Shown piece by piece: positions 39,204 through 47,425 of a DNA stretch of 63,122 nucleotides. Position numbers and translations under genes: made by a program. The stretch's first letter is position 1; every line of letters starts with the position of its first letter. The notes under the pieces are model-generated. The model made no database searches and had not been told where the DNA came from. It worked only from the letters and a program-made list of their open reading frames with translations. This DNA comes from a virus (taxonomy: Duplodnaviria; Caudoviricetes): positions 1 to 63,122 of IMG/VR virus record IMGVR_UViG_3300047561_000302, one strand, 5' to 3'.

Positions 39204-39671
39204 ATGGGATTAGATATGTATTTAAGTGCTAAACGCTATCTTTGGTCTGACCAAGATAAAGATTTGGCTAAACAAGTTGGAGAGATCATTGGAGTTGATG
39301 GTGATCCTGAAAAACGATTCAATGGTGCGAGTTTGGTCGTTAAAGAGATAAGCCTTGAAGCTATGTATTGGAGAAAGGCCAATGCCATTCATGGGTGGTT
39401 TGTGGAGACTGTTCAAGACGGAGAGGATAACTGTCGAGAGTATGAGGTGGACAAAGAGCAGTTGGAAACACTGCGTGATCTTTGTAAGGACATCCTTGAG
39501 CATCCTGATGCTGAAAGGGATGAAGACTTAGATCCTACTGAGGGATTCTTCTTTGGCAGTTACAACAAGGATGAATGGTATTACAAGGACTTAAAAGATA
39601 CTGTGGAAGGTCTTGATAAGGTGCTTGCATTACCTGATGAGTATTCATTCACTTATCAAGCCAGTTGGTAA
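39204..39671 (+). CDS. Conserved early phage protein
   Basis: MGLDMYL, YWRKANAIHGWFV, GFFFGS, YQASW motifs. Confidence 0.75.
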   Translation: MGLDMYLSAKRYLWSDQDKDLAKQVGEIIGVDGDPEKRFNGASLVVKEISLEAMYWRKANAIHGWFVETVQDGEDNCREYEVDKEQLETLRDLCKDILEHPDAERDEDLDPTEGFFFGSYNKDEWYYKDLKDTVEGLDKVLALPDEYSFTYQASW

Positions 39672-39681
39672 GGGGAAAATT

Positions 39682-39906
39682 ATGAATAGAGTAGAACATT
39701 TACTTAATGTTGCTTACAAAAACTTAAATGAAGAAATGCAAGAAGCATATCCAATGGTTGATCTTGATGAGGCCATTGGCTGTATAGCGGAAGCATTAGC
39801 CATTATTCATGGCGATCATGGTTCTTTTGACCAAGAACCTGAGAATGTGGACAAAGAGTTTTTTAATCGTATTACTAAAAATCTGCTAGGAGAAAGAAAT
39901 GCTTAA
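39682..39906 (+). CDS. Early hypothetical protein
   Basis: ATG 39682 after AAGGGG. Confidence 0.55.
   Translation: MNRVEHLLNVAYKNLNEEMQEAYPMVDLDEAIGCIAEALAIIHGDHGSFDQEPENVDKEFFNRITKNLLGERNA
39882..39893 (+). promoter_or_regulatory. Extended SD TCTGCTAGGAGA (candidate sRNA target 4)
   Basis: Upstream of ATG 39899, inside the 3' end of the previous gene. Confidence 0.7.
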
Positions 39907-40084
39907 AAGAGAAGAAATGATTGAAAAATTGGCAGAATTTGATTTGGAATGTTTTTATAACAATTCATTCAAAAAGCAAGAGGCCGCATTGAAATCCATT
40001 TTTATGGAATTTTATGGCACAACATCCGAAGAAGTATTACGCAACCTTATGATTGATTTTAACCTTATTGAGGAGGAAGTATGA
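39899..40084 (+). CDS. Early hypothetical protein
   Basis: 61 aa, strong RBS. Confidence 0.6.
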   Translation: MLKREEMIEKLAEFDLECFYNNSFKKQEAALKSIFMEFYGTTSEEVLRNLMIDFNLIEEEV

Positions 40085-40323
40085 AAGACTATGAAATGCA
40101 CTGGCTGACAGAAGCCAAAGAGCAGTTGCTTGGCAGAAAAATTGTTGATGTTCGTTACATGAGCCAAGAGGAAGCAGATGACCTTGATTGGACTGAGAGG
40201 CCAGTTGTCTTTCACCTTGATGATGGCAATTTAATTTTTGCCAGTGCGGATGATGAGGGCAACAATGGCGGGGCTTTATTTACTAACAATCAGGCAAATC
40301 CAGTTTTGCCAGTTTTGAGATAG
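40081..40323 (+). CDS. Early hypothetical protein
   Basis: LLGRKIVDVRYMS, DDEGNNGGALF motifs. Confidence 0.7.
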   Translation: MKDYEMHWLTEAKEQLLGRKIVDVRYMSQEEADDLDWTERPVVFHLDDGNLIFASADDEGNNGGALFTNNQANPVLPVLR

Positions 40324-40332
40324 GAAAAAGAA

Positions 40333-40494
40333 ATGCCTAAATATGAAATTAGTTACACATCATGGGTAACGATTGAAGTGGAAGCGCATGATGAAGACCA
40401 AGCATTGTCAATGGGTGATGCAATACTGGATACCATGACTGGTGCTGACTTTAGAGAATGTTGTGATTATCAAGGAATAAGGGAGGAAGTATGA
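40333..40494 (+). CDS. Small early protein (53 aa)
   Basis: MPKYEISYTSWVTIEVEAHDEDQAL... Confidence 0.6.
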   Translation: MPKYEISYTSWVTIEVEAHDEDQALSMGDAILDTMTGADFRECCDYQGIREEV

Positions 40495-40670
40495 AAGATC
40501 GAATTGAAATGATTGATGCTTTAACTGGTGCTATGTTTGATGCTATGCAAACTGATGCCGACTATCGGTGGGGAGTTTGTCGTTTTGGGCATAGAGGTTT
40601 TGATACATATACAGATGACGAGTTAATTGAGTCATATAAAGAAATGATTGATGATGGAGAAGAAGAATGA
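40491..40670 (+). CDS. Small early protein (59 aa)
   Basis: ATGA coupled; GHRGFDTYTDDELIESY. Confidence 0.6.
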   Translation: MKDRIEMIDALTGAMFDAMQTDADYRWGVCRFGHRGFDTYTDDELIESYKEMIDDGEEE

Positions 40671-40822
40671 ACCAAGCAGATAAGGATGCGGCAAAGTGGA
40701 TGGAGATGAATCAGAAAGCCCAGTATCGCAATCTGATTAAGGCCAAAGAGAATGGTGATTTGCATTACATAAATCAACATGGGGATGTAGTCATTGAGGA
40801 CAAGAAAGAAGAGCCTAAATGA
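40667..40822 (+). CDS. Small early protein (51 aa)
   Basis: ATGA coupled at both ends; MNQADKDAAKW... Confidence 0.6.
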   Translation: MNQADKDAAKWMEMNQKAQYRNLIKAKENGDLHYINQHGDVVIEDKKEEPK

Positions 40823-41154
40823 TTATTGGTGGCGTAAAAATAGGCGGGGAAGAATCCGTCTTTTGGGATAACGATCAGGCGGTGCGGATGGTCAAGGCCG
40901 AGTTGCAGTATCAGGCTAATCAGTTAATCATCTATAACTATGACGGATCATTGGACTGGTGGAATATGGTTGAGATACCTGATCCTGATTGTTACTTCAA
41001 GACTCGTTTTTGGGACATTAATATTTGGGAAGAGAATTTAGGTGTTCCTAGAAATAATGCTATGCGTGTATCAGCCTACCCTTTGGAAGTAGAACCTAAT
41101 GGGCATTTTTATAATTCCATGAGTGTATGGGTTAATTTGGAGTATGTAATATGA
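40819..41154 (+). CDS. Hypothetical protein
   Basis: 111 aa, coupled. Confidence 0.6.
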   Translation: MIIGGVKIGGEESVFWDNDQAVRMVKAELQYQANQLIIYNYDGSLDWWNMVEIPDPDCYFKTRFWDINIWEENLGVPRNNAMRVSAYPLEVEPNGHFYNSMSVWVNLEYVI

Positions 41155-41510
41155 ATCTCAAAATGGGATGCGGTAAAGTTCCCATTCCTAACATGGGGGG
41201 AAACTACCAGTATCTACTGGTGGACTTCCCCACTAGGGAATGGTTTGACAGTGCCTACAAGAAGAACAAGCAAGAAGACAGGGATAAGTATTGGGACATC
41301 CTGACTAAGCGCAGTAAGGGCTATACGCTATTCGAGTGCGGCTATATGTTTGCCCTGACTAGGGAAAGAGTCAGGCAGATAGAGGCCAAGTTTATCCGTA
41401 GGGTTACACAAGACTACTGGAATGAATTTAAGTGCAATTTGGCGCATATTGAACAGATGGCACTTTCAAGCAAGAAGCTACGATCTTTTTTAGAGACTGA
41501 GACGCAGTAA
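41151..41510 (+). CDS. Sigma-70 region-4-like HTH protein
   Basis: YTLFECGYMFALTRERVRQIEAK. Confidence 0.7.
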   Translation: MNLKMGCGKVPIPNMGGNYQYLLVDFPTREWFDSAYKKNKQEDRDKYWDILTKRSKGYTLFECGYMFALTRERVRQIEAKFIRRVTQDYWNEFKCNLAHIEQMALSSKKLRSFLETETQ

Positions 41511-42282
41511 ATATTCCTACCCTTTGGTGATAGTCGTTGAAGTCTTCACCATCCTTGTCAGATAGCCAGTAAGGTTTGGCGGTATCTTTTGCAGATGACT
41601 CCCCTACCTTATTGGCATCATTATCTGCCACTACAATCCCACCTTTTATTGTTGATGCGACTTCCTTTAGATTGGATGCGGAGAAGCATACATAAATCGA
41701 GCATGGAATCTTGTTCGCTTGCATACAAGTCTTGGTCGATAAGGCGGTAGCGTATCCCTCGCAGAAGATTGGAAGACCACCACCATCTATACAGAAGTAA
41801 GCCCCTTTAGTGCGTTGGCCAAATAGGAATTTCTTTGTGCCATCAGGATTTATTAACTGAATACCCCTGAGTGATTTCTCATGGCGCATAGGTAAAACTA
41901 ACTTGGCTATATTGTTCTCATACCAAACTAAGCCATGCTGCTTTGGGAATCCTTTGGCGGTCAGGTATGGATGGAGTTCATTGACTGCTTCGTTAATGAT
42001 CTTATTTGCTTTTTCAATAGCATCTCTTTCTTTTTTGTTGCGTTCTTCCATATCCTTTTTAATGGCGGTTCTAGTGGCGGAAGCATCATATCTACCTTCG
42101 GGATGCCAAACGACTGGTTTTTCCATGGTTGCCCAGTTCTGCACAAAGGCAACTTCGCCTAAGTGTTTGTATCTGCCATTTTGTGATCTTGGTTTGTCTT
42201 CGGTTGGCACTGCGACCCATTTGTTAGGGATCACGGATGCAATGATTAGTCCATGCTGTCTTGCAAAGTCTTCAAATCTCAT
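41428..42282 (-). CDS. TOPRIM-domain DNA primase
   Basis: HPYLTAKG, IQLINPDGTKKF, FCEGYATA, VVADND, DFND. Confidence 0.85.
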   Translation of the reverse strand: MRFEDFARQHGLIIASVIPNKWVAVPTEDKPRSQNGRYKHLGEVAFVQNWATMEKPVVWHPEGRYDASATRTAIKKDMEERNKKERDAIEKANKIINEAVNELHPYLTAKGFPKQHGLVWYENNIAKLVLPMRHEKSLRGIQLINPDGTKKFLFGQRTKGAYFCIDGGGLPIFCEGYATALSTKTCMQANKIPCSIYVCFSASNLKEVASTIKGGIVVADNDANKVGESSAKDTAKPYWLSDKDGEDFNDYHQRVGIFTASQSLKKIVASCLKVPSVQYAPNCT

Positions 42283-43757
42283 TTGTTTTTTCCTTTTTGC
42301 CAGCGGATGTTTTGACTCTTCACCCAGTTCATTGTAGTCAGTGTTGGCGGTGCTTTAACATTCTCTAATCCTCTAGGCCATACACCAAACTTCTCTTTGT
42401 ATTTGTGGTTTGCCCAGTAAGGGTTGTATTCCCTTGCTTCGGCAATGTAAAGCAACTCTGAATAAAAGTCCTGTTTGTTATGTGCTTTAGTGGCGGTAAC
42501 ATTCCCAGCTAACTCCACTAATTCACCAGCAACGGATGAAACTTGATTCCTACGCAGTCTTACATGACCACAAGACGGACAAGTATCGGCATTGACAGGC
42601 CATAGGTATCCACATTCAGGGCATTTAGATTCTTTTTTCTCTTTTTCTGTTGGTTCTTTCTGTGTTTTCTCGGTCTTTTTATCTAAGGCGGTGACCCCGT
42701 TTGTATATACATCATCCCAGTCTTGACGAAACCTCAAGTAGTTCCCTGAATGGTCTAGCCATAGCGCAAACTCTTTGTTTTCATGCGGTCTCATAACACG
42801 CCCCATCTGTTGGATGTGGGATGACAAAGACTTACTGAATGGTCTAGCGGATACGCCAATCATTACATCCGATACATCAAAGCCCCTTGTAAGGATGTCG
42901 GTGGCAATCAACCCATTGATCTGTGTCTCAGGTTTAGCAAAATCTTCGATGGCAGCCTTCTTAAACTCATCATTGTCCCGATAAGAAATAGAAACAAAGT
43001 TATAACCCTTCTCTGCGAATCGCTTAACTAAGTCGGCCCCATGCGCTACGCCAGCGCAAAACACAATGGTCTTCATTGGTTTGCCAAATACCTCATGTGT
43101 TTTCTTGACCCACTCATCCACAATGTCGCCTGTGATTTTCATTCCACGCTCGGCTACATCATCTGCTTTCCATTCGCCAGCCAGCTTTTTCACGCCAGTC
43201 ATGTCAATTTCTTTGGCAATATAAACTTTAAGCGGTGCTAACCACTTCTTATTAACCAAGTCTTCGGTGGTTGCGCCTGTAACTACATTGGAATAGATGT
43301 CCCCCAGCCCCTTAGTGAATGGTGTGGCGGTAAGGCCAATAACTCTGATGTCGGGATTATCTTTAATAAAAGCGGAAGTCTGCGCCCTAGCTATATGGCA
43401 CTCGTCCACGATCAGTAAGTCCATCTTGGGAAAGTTTGCCCTACGCTCTAAAGTCTGTGCTGAACAAACCTGTAAGCGCATAGTAGGATCAAATGCCCAA
43501 TGGTCTGCTTGGAATACCCCATGGGATATGTTGTATTTGTTAAGCCTGAGACTAGTTTGATCTACCAACACAATGCGGTCTAGAACCATGGCGGCACGGT
43601 TATGTTTGTCATGGGTAGCCTTCATTAAAGAAATAGCTACCTCAGTCTTTCCAAAGCCAGTAGGAGCATAGAGTAGTTGCGCTCTATGTCCTTCCTTGAA
43701 TCCGTCCCTAAGTTTGTCTATTACGTCAGTTTGATGCTCTCTAAGAGTAAGTTCCAT
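42279..43757 (-). CDS. SF2 DEAD/DEAH helicase with C-terminal Zn finger
   Basis: APTGFGKT, DECH, GLTATP, QQMGRVMR, CPEC/CPSC. Confidence 0.9.
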   Translation of the reverse strand: MELTLREHQTDVIDKLRDGFKEGHRAQLLYAPTGFGKTEVAISLMKATHDKHNRAAMVLDRIVLVDQTSLRLNKYNISHGVFQADHWAFDPTMRLQVCSAQTLERRANFPKMDLLIVDECHIARAQTSAFIKDNPDIRVIGLTATPFTKGLGDIYSNVVTGATTEDLVNKKWLAPLKVYIAKEIDMTGVKKLAGEWKADDVAERGMKITGDIVDEWVKKTHEVFGKPMKTIVFCAGVAHGADLVKRFAEKGYNFVSISYRDNDEFKKAAIEDFAKPETQINGLIATDILTRGFDVSDVMIGVSARPFSKSLSSHIQQMGRVMRPHENKEFALWLDHSGNYLRFRQDWDDVYTNGVTALDKKTEKTQKEPTEKEKKESKCPECGYLWPVNADTCPSCGHVRLRRNQVSSVAGELVELAGNVTATKAHNKQDFYSELLYIAEAREYNPYWANHKYKEKFGVWPRGLENVKAPPTLTTMNWVKSQNIRWQKGKNK

Positions 43758-44593
43758 TATTCAATAAATTTGCTGAGTTTTTTCTTTAAGGTGGCGTTGA
43801 TACGCATGAGTTCTGCGTTTTGGTTTTGGTAAGAGTCCCTTGATTCACGAACAGAAGCGTATTCAATTTCTAATATTCTAATACGTTCACGCAGTTCTTT
43901 AATCGTTCCCTCAGCATCTTTTTTCTCAATGTCTGATGCGTCCCACGCCCCAATGGTAATCGCATCTCTGAGCTTCGTATTTTCATCTTCTAGGGCCTTG
44001 ATTGTGTGGCCCAGTTCTTTAACCTCATCCTGCGTAGGATCATATTGCTCTTCAGGCGGTGGCAATTCTTTTTCTTTTGGTATCGTGCCCAAGTTACCAG
44101 TTTTCATGGTTGCTTCTTGGCCATACTTATTAATGTATTTAACTTCGTCTGGTCTTTTCTCGGTCATGGCAATCTTTAATCTGCCAACAGTCATGGATGA
44201 AACGCCAATCCATTCAGCAATCTTGATGTTTGACCATTCTTTCCATTCTGCATCTTGCAGCATACGGATAACGCTCCTACGTTTATCCTTGGCGGTAGCG
44301 GGTTTGCCACGTTGACTGCTGTTAGCGGTCATACTTTGAAGTTGGGCTTCACGCTGTGTGCCTTCTTCTATCTCTGTCTCAATACTGACAAAGCCATTAG
44401 ACTTGGTGGCAAAGTAACGGTGGAATCCATCTACTAGCCAGTAGTTAGAGCCATCGAAATATACCTTGATTGGGGGAAATTTAGTTCCATCACGCATTAG
44501 TTCTGCGTATTCAGCGACCATCTCCTGATCTAGTTCTTCTCTTGGTTGTGTATCGCCATCAATACGGATTGCATCTAAGTTCAGTTTCTTCAT
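43757..44593 (-). CDS. ParB/Srx-like N-terminal domain plus HTH and coiled coil
   Basis: TQPRE, FPPIKV, LVDGFHRYFA, WSNIKIAEWIGVSSMTVGRL. Confidence 0.8.
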   Translation of the reverse strand: MKKLNLDAIRIDGDTQPREELDQEMVAEYAELMRDGTKFPPIKVYFDGSNYWLVDGFHRYFATKSNGFVSIETEIEEGTQREAQLQSMTANSSQRGKPATAKDKRRSVIRMLQDAEWKEWSNIKIAEWIGVSSMTVGRLKIAMTEKRPDEVKYINKYGQEATMKTGNLGTIPKEKELPPPEEQYDPTQDEVKELGHTIKALEDENTKLRDAITIGAWDASDIEKKDAEGTIKELRERIRILEIEYASVRESRDSYQNQNAELMRINATLKKKLSKFIE

Positions 44594-44595
44594 TT

Positions 44596-44823
44596 TTATT
44601 CCTCTTTGAGTTGTGTTTTACTAATTTCTCTTTCTAGGCGCTTCATTAAAATACTTACATCTAATTCATATTGGTTCTTGGCTTCATCAATTACTGCTTT
44701 CAAACGCTGGTTGTCATTGTTCAGTCCACGCAAAAGGACGGCTGCATATTTCATCAGGTCATCACAGTCATATTCATTGGTTAGGCTGGCTTCAAGCCGA
44801 TCTGCCAGTTCATAAGGATTCAT
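44596..44823 (-). CDS. Hypothetical protein (MNxxELADxL family, similar to 48099..48365)
   Basis: MNPYELADRLE...AAVLLRGL. Confidence 0.6.
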   Translation of the reverse strand: MNPYELADRLEASLTNEYDCDDLMKYAAVLLRGLNNDNQRLKAVIDEAKNQYELDVSILMKRLEREISKTQLKEE

Positions 44824-45074
44824 TTTTCTTGTGCCTTTTTATATAAATAACTAACATCATATAAAACAATCATTTCTTTTCTCACTTCCTTGCTCAGACT
44901 TGCTGGTCTTAATCCGTTTTCGTGGATAAAAGTAGTACTGCTATCATCTAATTGAACGTCAACGTTTTTAGAATTGGAATTCCACCACCTAGGCGCAACA
45001 ACAACTACCAGTCTTCCCACTAAAGAAGGGTCTTCATCGTGTTTTACTACCACCATCCATTGACCATATTTCAT
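44820..45074 (-). CDS. Hypothetical protein
   Basis: ATGA coupled at 45074; ends KAQEK like the upstream gene. Confidence 0.55.
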   Translation of the reverse strand: MKYGQWMVVVKHDEDPSLVGRLVVVVAPRWWNSNSKNVDVQLDDSSTTFIHENGLRPASLSKEVRKEMIVLYDVSYLYKKAQEK

Positions 45075-45418
45075 TTCTCTTGTGCCTTTCTTATACAAGC
45101 CCTTGCATATTCATAATAATTAACTTCAATCCCAGTCATTGTTTGATAAATAGCTTCTAAATCTTCATCTGATAGCTCTTTTACTGCCATGCCTTCTACG
45201 GCACGATGCACTGCAGATTCAGTCATCTGAGCCATGCCATCAATAAAACCTTTTTCGTATGCTGCATTGTCTTCAGATGGGCAATACTTCTGTGGCTGTG
45301 CATAAAGTGGTATTTCTATGGCATCTGGGTTTTCTGTTTTATCTTTTCTGGTTGTAAAATAAAAAACCAATGGATCACTTTTATCTTCGTAGCGATACGC
45401 TACTGGTTCATTGTTCAT
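45071..45418 (-). CDS. Hypothetical protein
   Basis: MNNEPVAY, IPLY, KELSDED, KAQEK motifs. Confidence 0.65.
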   Translation of the reverse strand: MNNEPVAYRYEDKSDPLVFYFTTRKDKTENPDAIEIPLYAQPQKYCPSEDNAAYEKGFIDGMAQMTESAVHRAVEGMAVKELSDEDLEAIYQTMTGIEVNYYEYARACIRKAQEK

Positions 45419-45560
45419 TGTCATCCCCTGTATCTACCATGCCAGCAAAGGGAATGGGTTCGTACTGAGTCGGCTTAGTTTGCTCGACAGGTTTCCTGCC
45501 GAAGATGGCATCGAAATTGTCACGAAAGGAATCAGTGACTGGTTTTTGGTTCTCATTCAT
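45408..45560 (-). CDS. Small protein (50 aa)
   Basis: MNENQKPVTDSFRDNFDAIFGRKPVEQTKPTQYEPIPFAGMVDTGDDNEQ. Confidence 0.6.
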   Translation of the reverse strand: MNENQKPVTDSFRDNFDAIFGRKPVEQTKPTQYEPIPFAGMVDTGDDNEQ

Positions 45561-45589
45561 ACCCACACCCCTATATATACAGATATACC

Positions 45590-45857
45590 ACTAAGAAATC
45601 ACGGTTGCTTTTTGGTGAACGCACCCCTGCCATCCTGGAGTGCCTTCAACAGTTTGCTTTTTGGAGCCACTGCACCCGCCAGACGTGTCGACTTGAGGCT
45701 CTGGCTTCGCCACCTCTTCTCCTATTTCAAATCTATCCCACAGTAAGAGATCTTCCCATATCGCTGTTGTGTTGACCGACCAATATGGTGTAGCGGGGGA
45801 GCTGAAGTGTAGACAAAACGCAATTAAGCATTTTATCCACACGTCAACTTCCCTAGC
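45590..45857 (-). ncRNA. Candidate long structured leader/ncRNA upstream of replication genes
   Basis: About 24-bp 5' hairpin (45796-45853) and further stems CCAUAUUG/CGAUAUGG, GAGGU/GCCUC, GCACUCC/GGGGUGC; begins at predicted TSS. Confidence 0.5.
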
Positions 45858-45863
45858 CCATGT

Positions 45864-45892
45864 AGGTTAAATCAGAATAAAAATATTTGCAA
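45864..45892 (-). promoter_or_regulatory. Putative sigma70 promoter for leader and replication operon
   Basis: TTGCAA-17 bp-TAACCT. Confidence 0.6.
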
Positions 45893-45904
45893 CAGAAATT
45901 TACT

Positions 45905-46020
45905 AAAGGAAAACCCTCAGTTTTTTAGGCTGAGGGTTTTGGGATCATAGATCCGAGGGCTTGCATTGCACAAGTCTCTGCTAGGAGAGTTGACGTGCGT
46001 TACCAAGTGTGGGCTTGGTA
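45905..46020 (-). ncRNA. Candidate trans-acting antisense small RNA
   Basis: Own promoter and terminator; 5' hairpin UACCAAG/CUUGGUA; seed CACGUCAACUCUCCUAGCAGAG complementary to six sites in the genome. Confidence 0.65.
45910..45940. terminator. Bidirectional-type intrinsic terminator
   Basis: AAAACCCTCAG/CTGAGGGTTTT inverted repeat. Confidence 0.8.
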
Positions 46021-46025
46021 CACTA

Positions 46026-46053
46026 AATATACCATATTTTAAGGGAATGGCAA
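46026..46053 (-). promoter_or_regulatory. Putative promoter of the small RNA
   Basis: TTGCCA-16 bp-TATATT with extended -10 TGn. Confidence 0.65.
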
Positions 46054-46057
46054 CTAC

Positions 46058-46348
46058 CTATTGTGTTTTTAGGTAATTATTGTCAAATAACCAACTAATT
46101 GTCTTGCGGTGGGCTTCTTCCCACATCTCGACTCTTTCAGCCTTAGTAAGGGTTTTCCCTTGGTCTAGCTCAGAATGACAGGTAAAACACAGGGCAGCAA
46201 TCCTATAATCATGGGCTTTAATGCCTCTACCTTTGCCGTCACGGAGTTGATTTGAATGGGCAGCTACCACCGTCCCATTTTCAATCCCGCAGTGCTGGCA
46301 GGGGCTGTTTCGGACTGCCTCAATTAATCTCTGATTGCGATAAATCAG
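46058..46348 (-). CDS. His-Me/HNH-like nuclease (DUF1364/NinG-like), probable CTG start
   Basis: Frame open upstream of the track start: LIYRNQRLIEAVRNSPCQHCG...VVAAHSNQ..GKGRGIKAHD...ALCFTCH..LD. Confidence 0.7.
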   Translation of the reverse strand: MIYRNQRLIEAVRNSPCQHCGIENGTVVAAHSNQLRDGKGRGIKAHDYRIAALCFTCHSELDQGKTLTKAERVEMWEEAHRKTISWLFDNNYLKTQ

Positions 46349-46545
46349 AGAATATCCTTTAACTTTGAAACATCATAATTCCAAAGGAGCTTCTTGCGAA
46401 CCTTTTCTAAAGCAGTCTCTTCTATCATTTGAACGTAAGTCCTACTTACTCCCATCTCTTTAGCTATATCAGCGTAAGACATTTCTGCCTCACCGCTGAC
46501 CGCACGTAAGGCATTGACACGATCTTCGGTAGTAAAAGTAGTCAT
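46345..46545 (-). CDS. Sigma-70 region-4-like HTH protein
   Basis: MSYADIAKEMGVSRTYVQMIEETALEKVR. Confidence 0.7.
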   Translation of the reverse strand: MTTFTTEDRVNALRAVSGEAEMSYADIAKEMGVSRTYVQMIEETALEKVRKKLLWNYDVSKLKDIL

Positions 46546-46600
46546 TATTGTCCCCGTTAATAAAAGCATTTGCTAATAAATCCCAGCACGATTAATATAA

Positions 46601-46629
46601 ATATTACAACGTGCGGAAAATATTTGCAG
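46601..46629 (-). promoter_or_regulatory. Putative sigma70 promoter
   Basis: CTGCAA-17 bp-TAATAT; shares TGCAAATATTTT with the promoter at 45864-45892. Confidence 0.45.
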
Positions 46630-46642
46630 AATAATTTCACAG

Positions 46643-47425
46643 CTATGCTTCTCTGGGTAACTGACCGCTAAACGTATAAGTTCCTGTATGGCCAAACGCT
46701 GCCCAAGGAGCTGCGTAAACTTTAAACCCAACTTCTCTAGCTATCTTGCAGAAGTGATAATCCTCTGACAATAGGCGGTTAGACTCTTCATCAATCGAGG
46801 TGGCAAAGAACTCTTTAATAACTTTTATTTCCCGCACCGTATCTATGGCATGGTACATATCATTGGTATAACTGGGTACTTTATCATTTAGCGCATCAAA
46901 CACCTTACGCTTAATCAACATAAACCCTGTCCCACCGTTGGCAATCTCCATTGGCTCAATTACGGGGCCAGATTTGTTATGTTGTCCATGAGGTAGGTTT
47001 ACTACGAAAGCGCCAGTATGGTTGCTTAGTTCTGCTGCTGGTACGCCACGCTTAACGGCAGCTTCTACATCAACCCAGTTAATCTCTTTCTTGGGGTATA
47101 GGCCACAGATAATGTCTTTATCTGCCTTAACCATCAATGGAATGTCATTAGGGTTAAAACTAATATCGGCATCAATAAACATCAGATGGGTAGCATCAGA
47201 CTTTATGAAGTCATAGGCCATACTGTTACGGGCACGGGTAATCAGGGATTCATTCATCATAAAAGAGTAGTACATTTTGATGTTATTTGACCCACAAGCC
47301 CCTACCAGCTGCATTACGCCAGAGGCATACATTCCTGTACACATACCACCGTACATAGGTGTAGCTACAAAAATGGTTGCACCAGGCTGTTGAATTTGTT
47401 GAGCTGGTTGATTGTTTTTCTTCAT
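46643..47425 (-). CDS. GT-A fold glycosyltransferase-like protein
   Basis: IFVATPMYGG, ESLITRARN, FIDADI, GTGFMLIKR, LSEDYHFC. Confidence 0.8.
   Translation of the reverse strand: MKKNNQPAQQIQQPGATIFVATPMYGGMCTGMYASGVMQLVGACGSNNIKMYYSFMMNESLITRARNSMAYDFIKSDATHLMFIDADISFNPNDIPLMVKADKDIICGLYPKKEINWVDVEAAVKRGVPAAELSNHTGAFVVNLPHGQHNKSGPVIEPMEIANGGTGFMLIKRKVFDALNDKVPSYTNDMYHAIDTVREIKVIKEFFATSIDEESNRLLSEDYHFCKIAREVGFKVYAAPWAAFGHTGTYTFSGQLPREA

Noticed and set aside
45833-45841. Perfect DnaA box TTATCCACA
   Set aside because: Single copy that forms one arm of the leader hairpin; no cluster seen, so not called as an origin.
45591-45842. 83-aa GTG-start ORF
   Set aside because: No recognisable motif, start buried in a long stem, region better explained as structured RNA. 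Not fully excluded.
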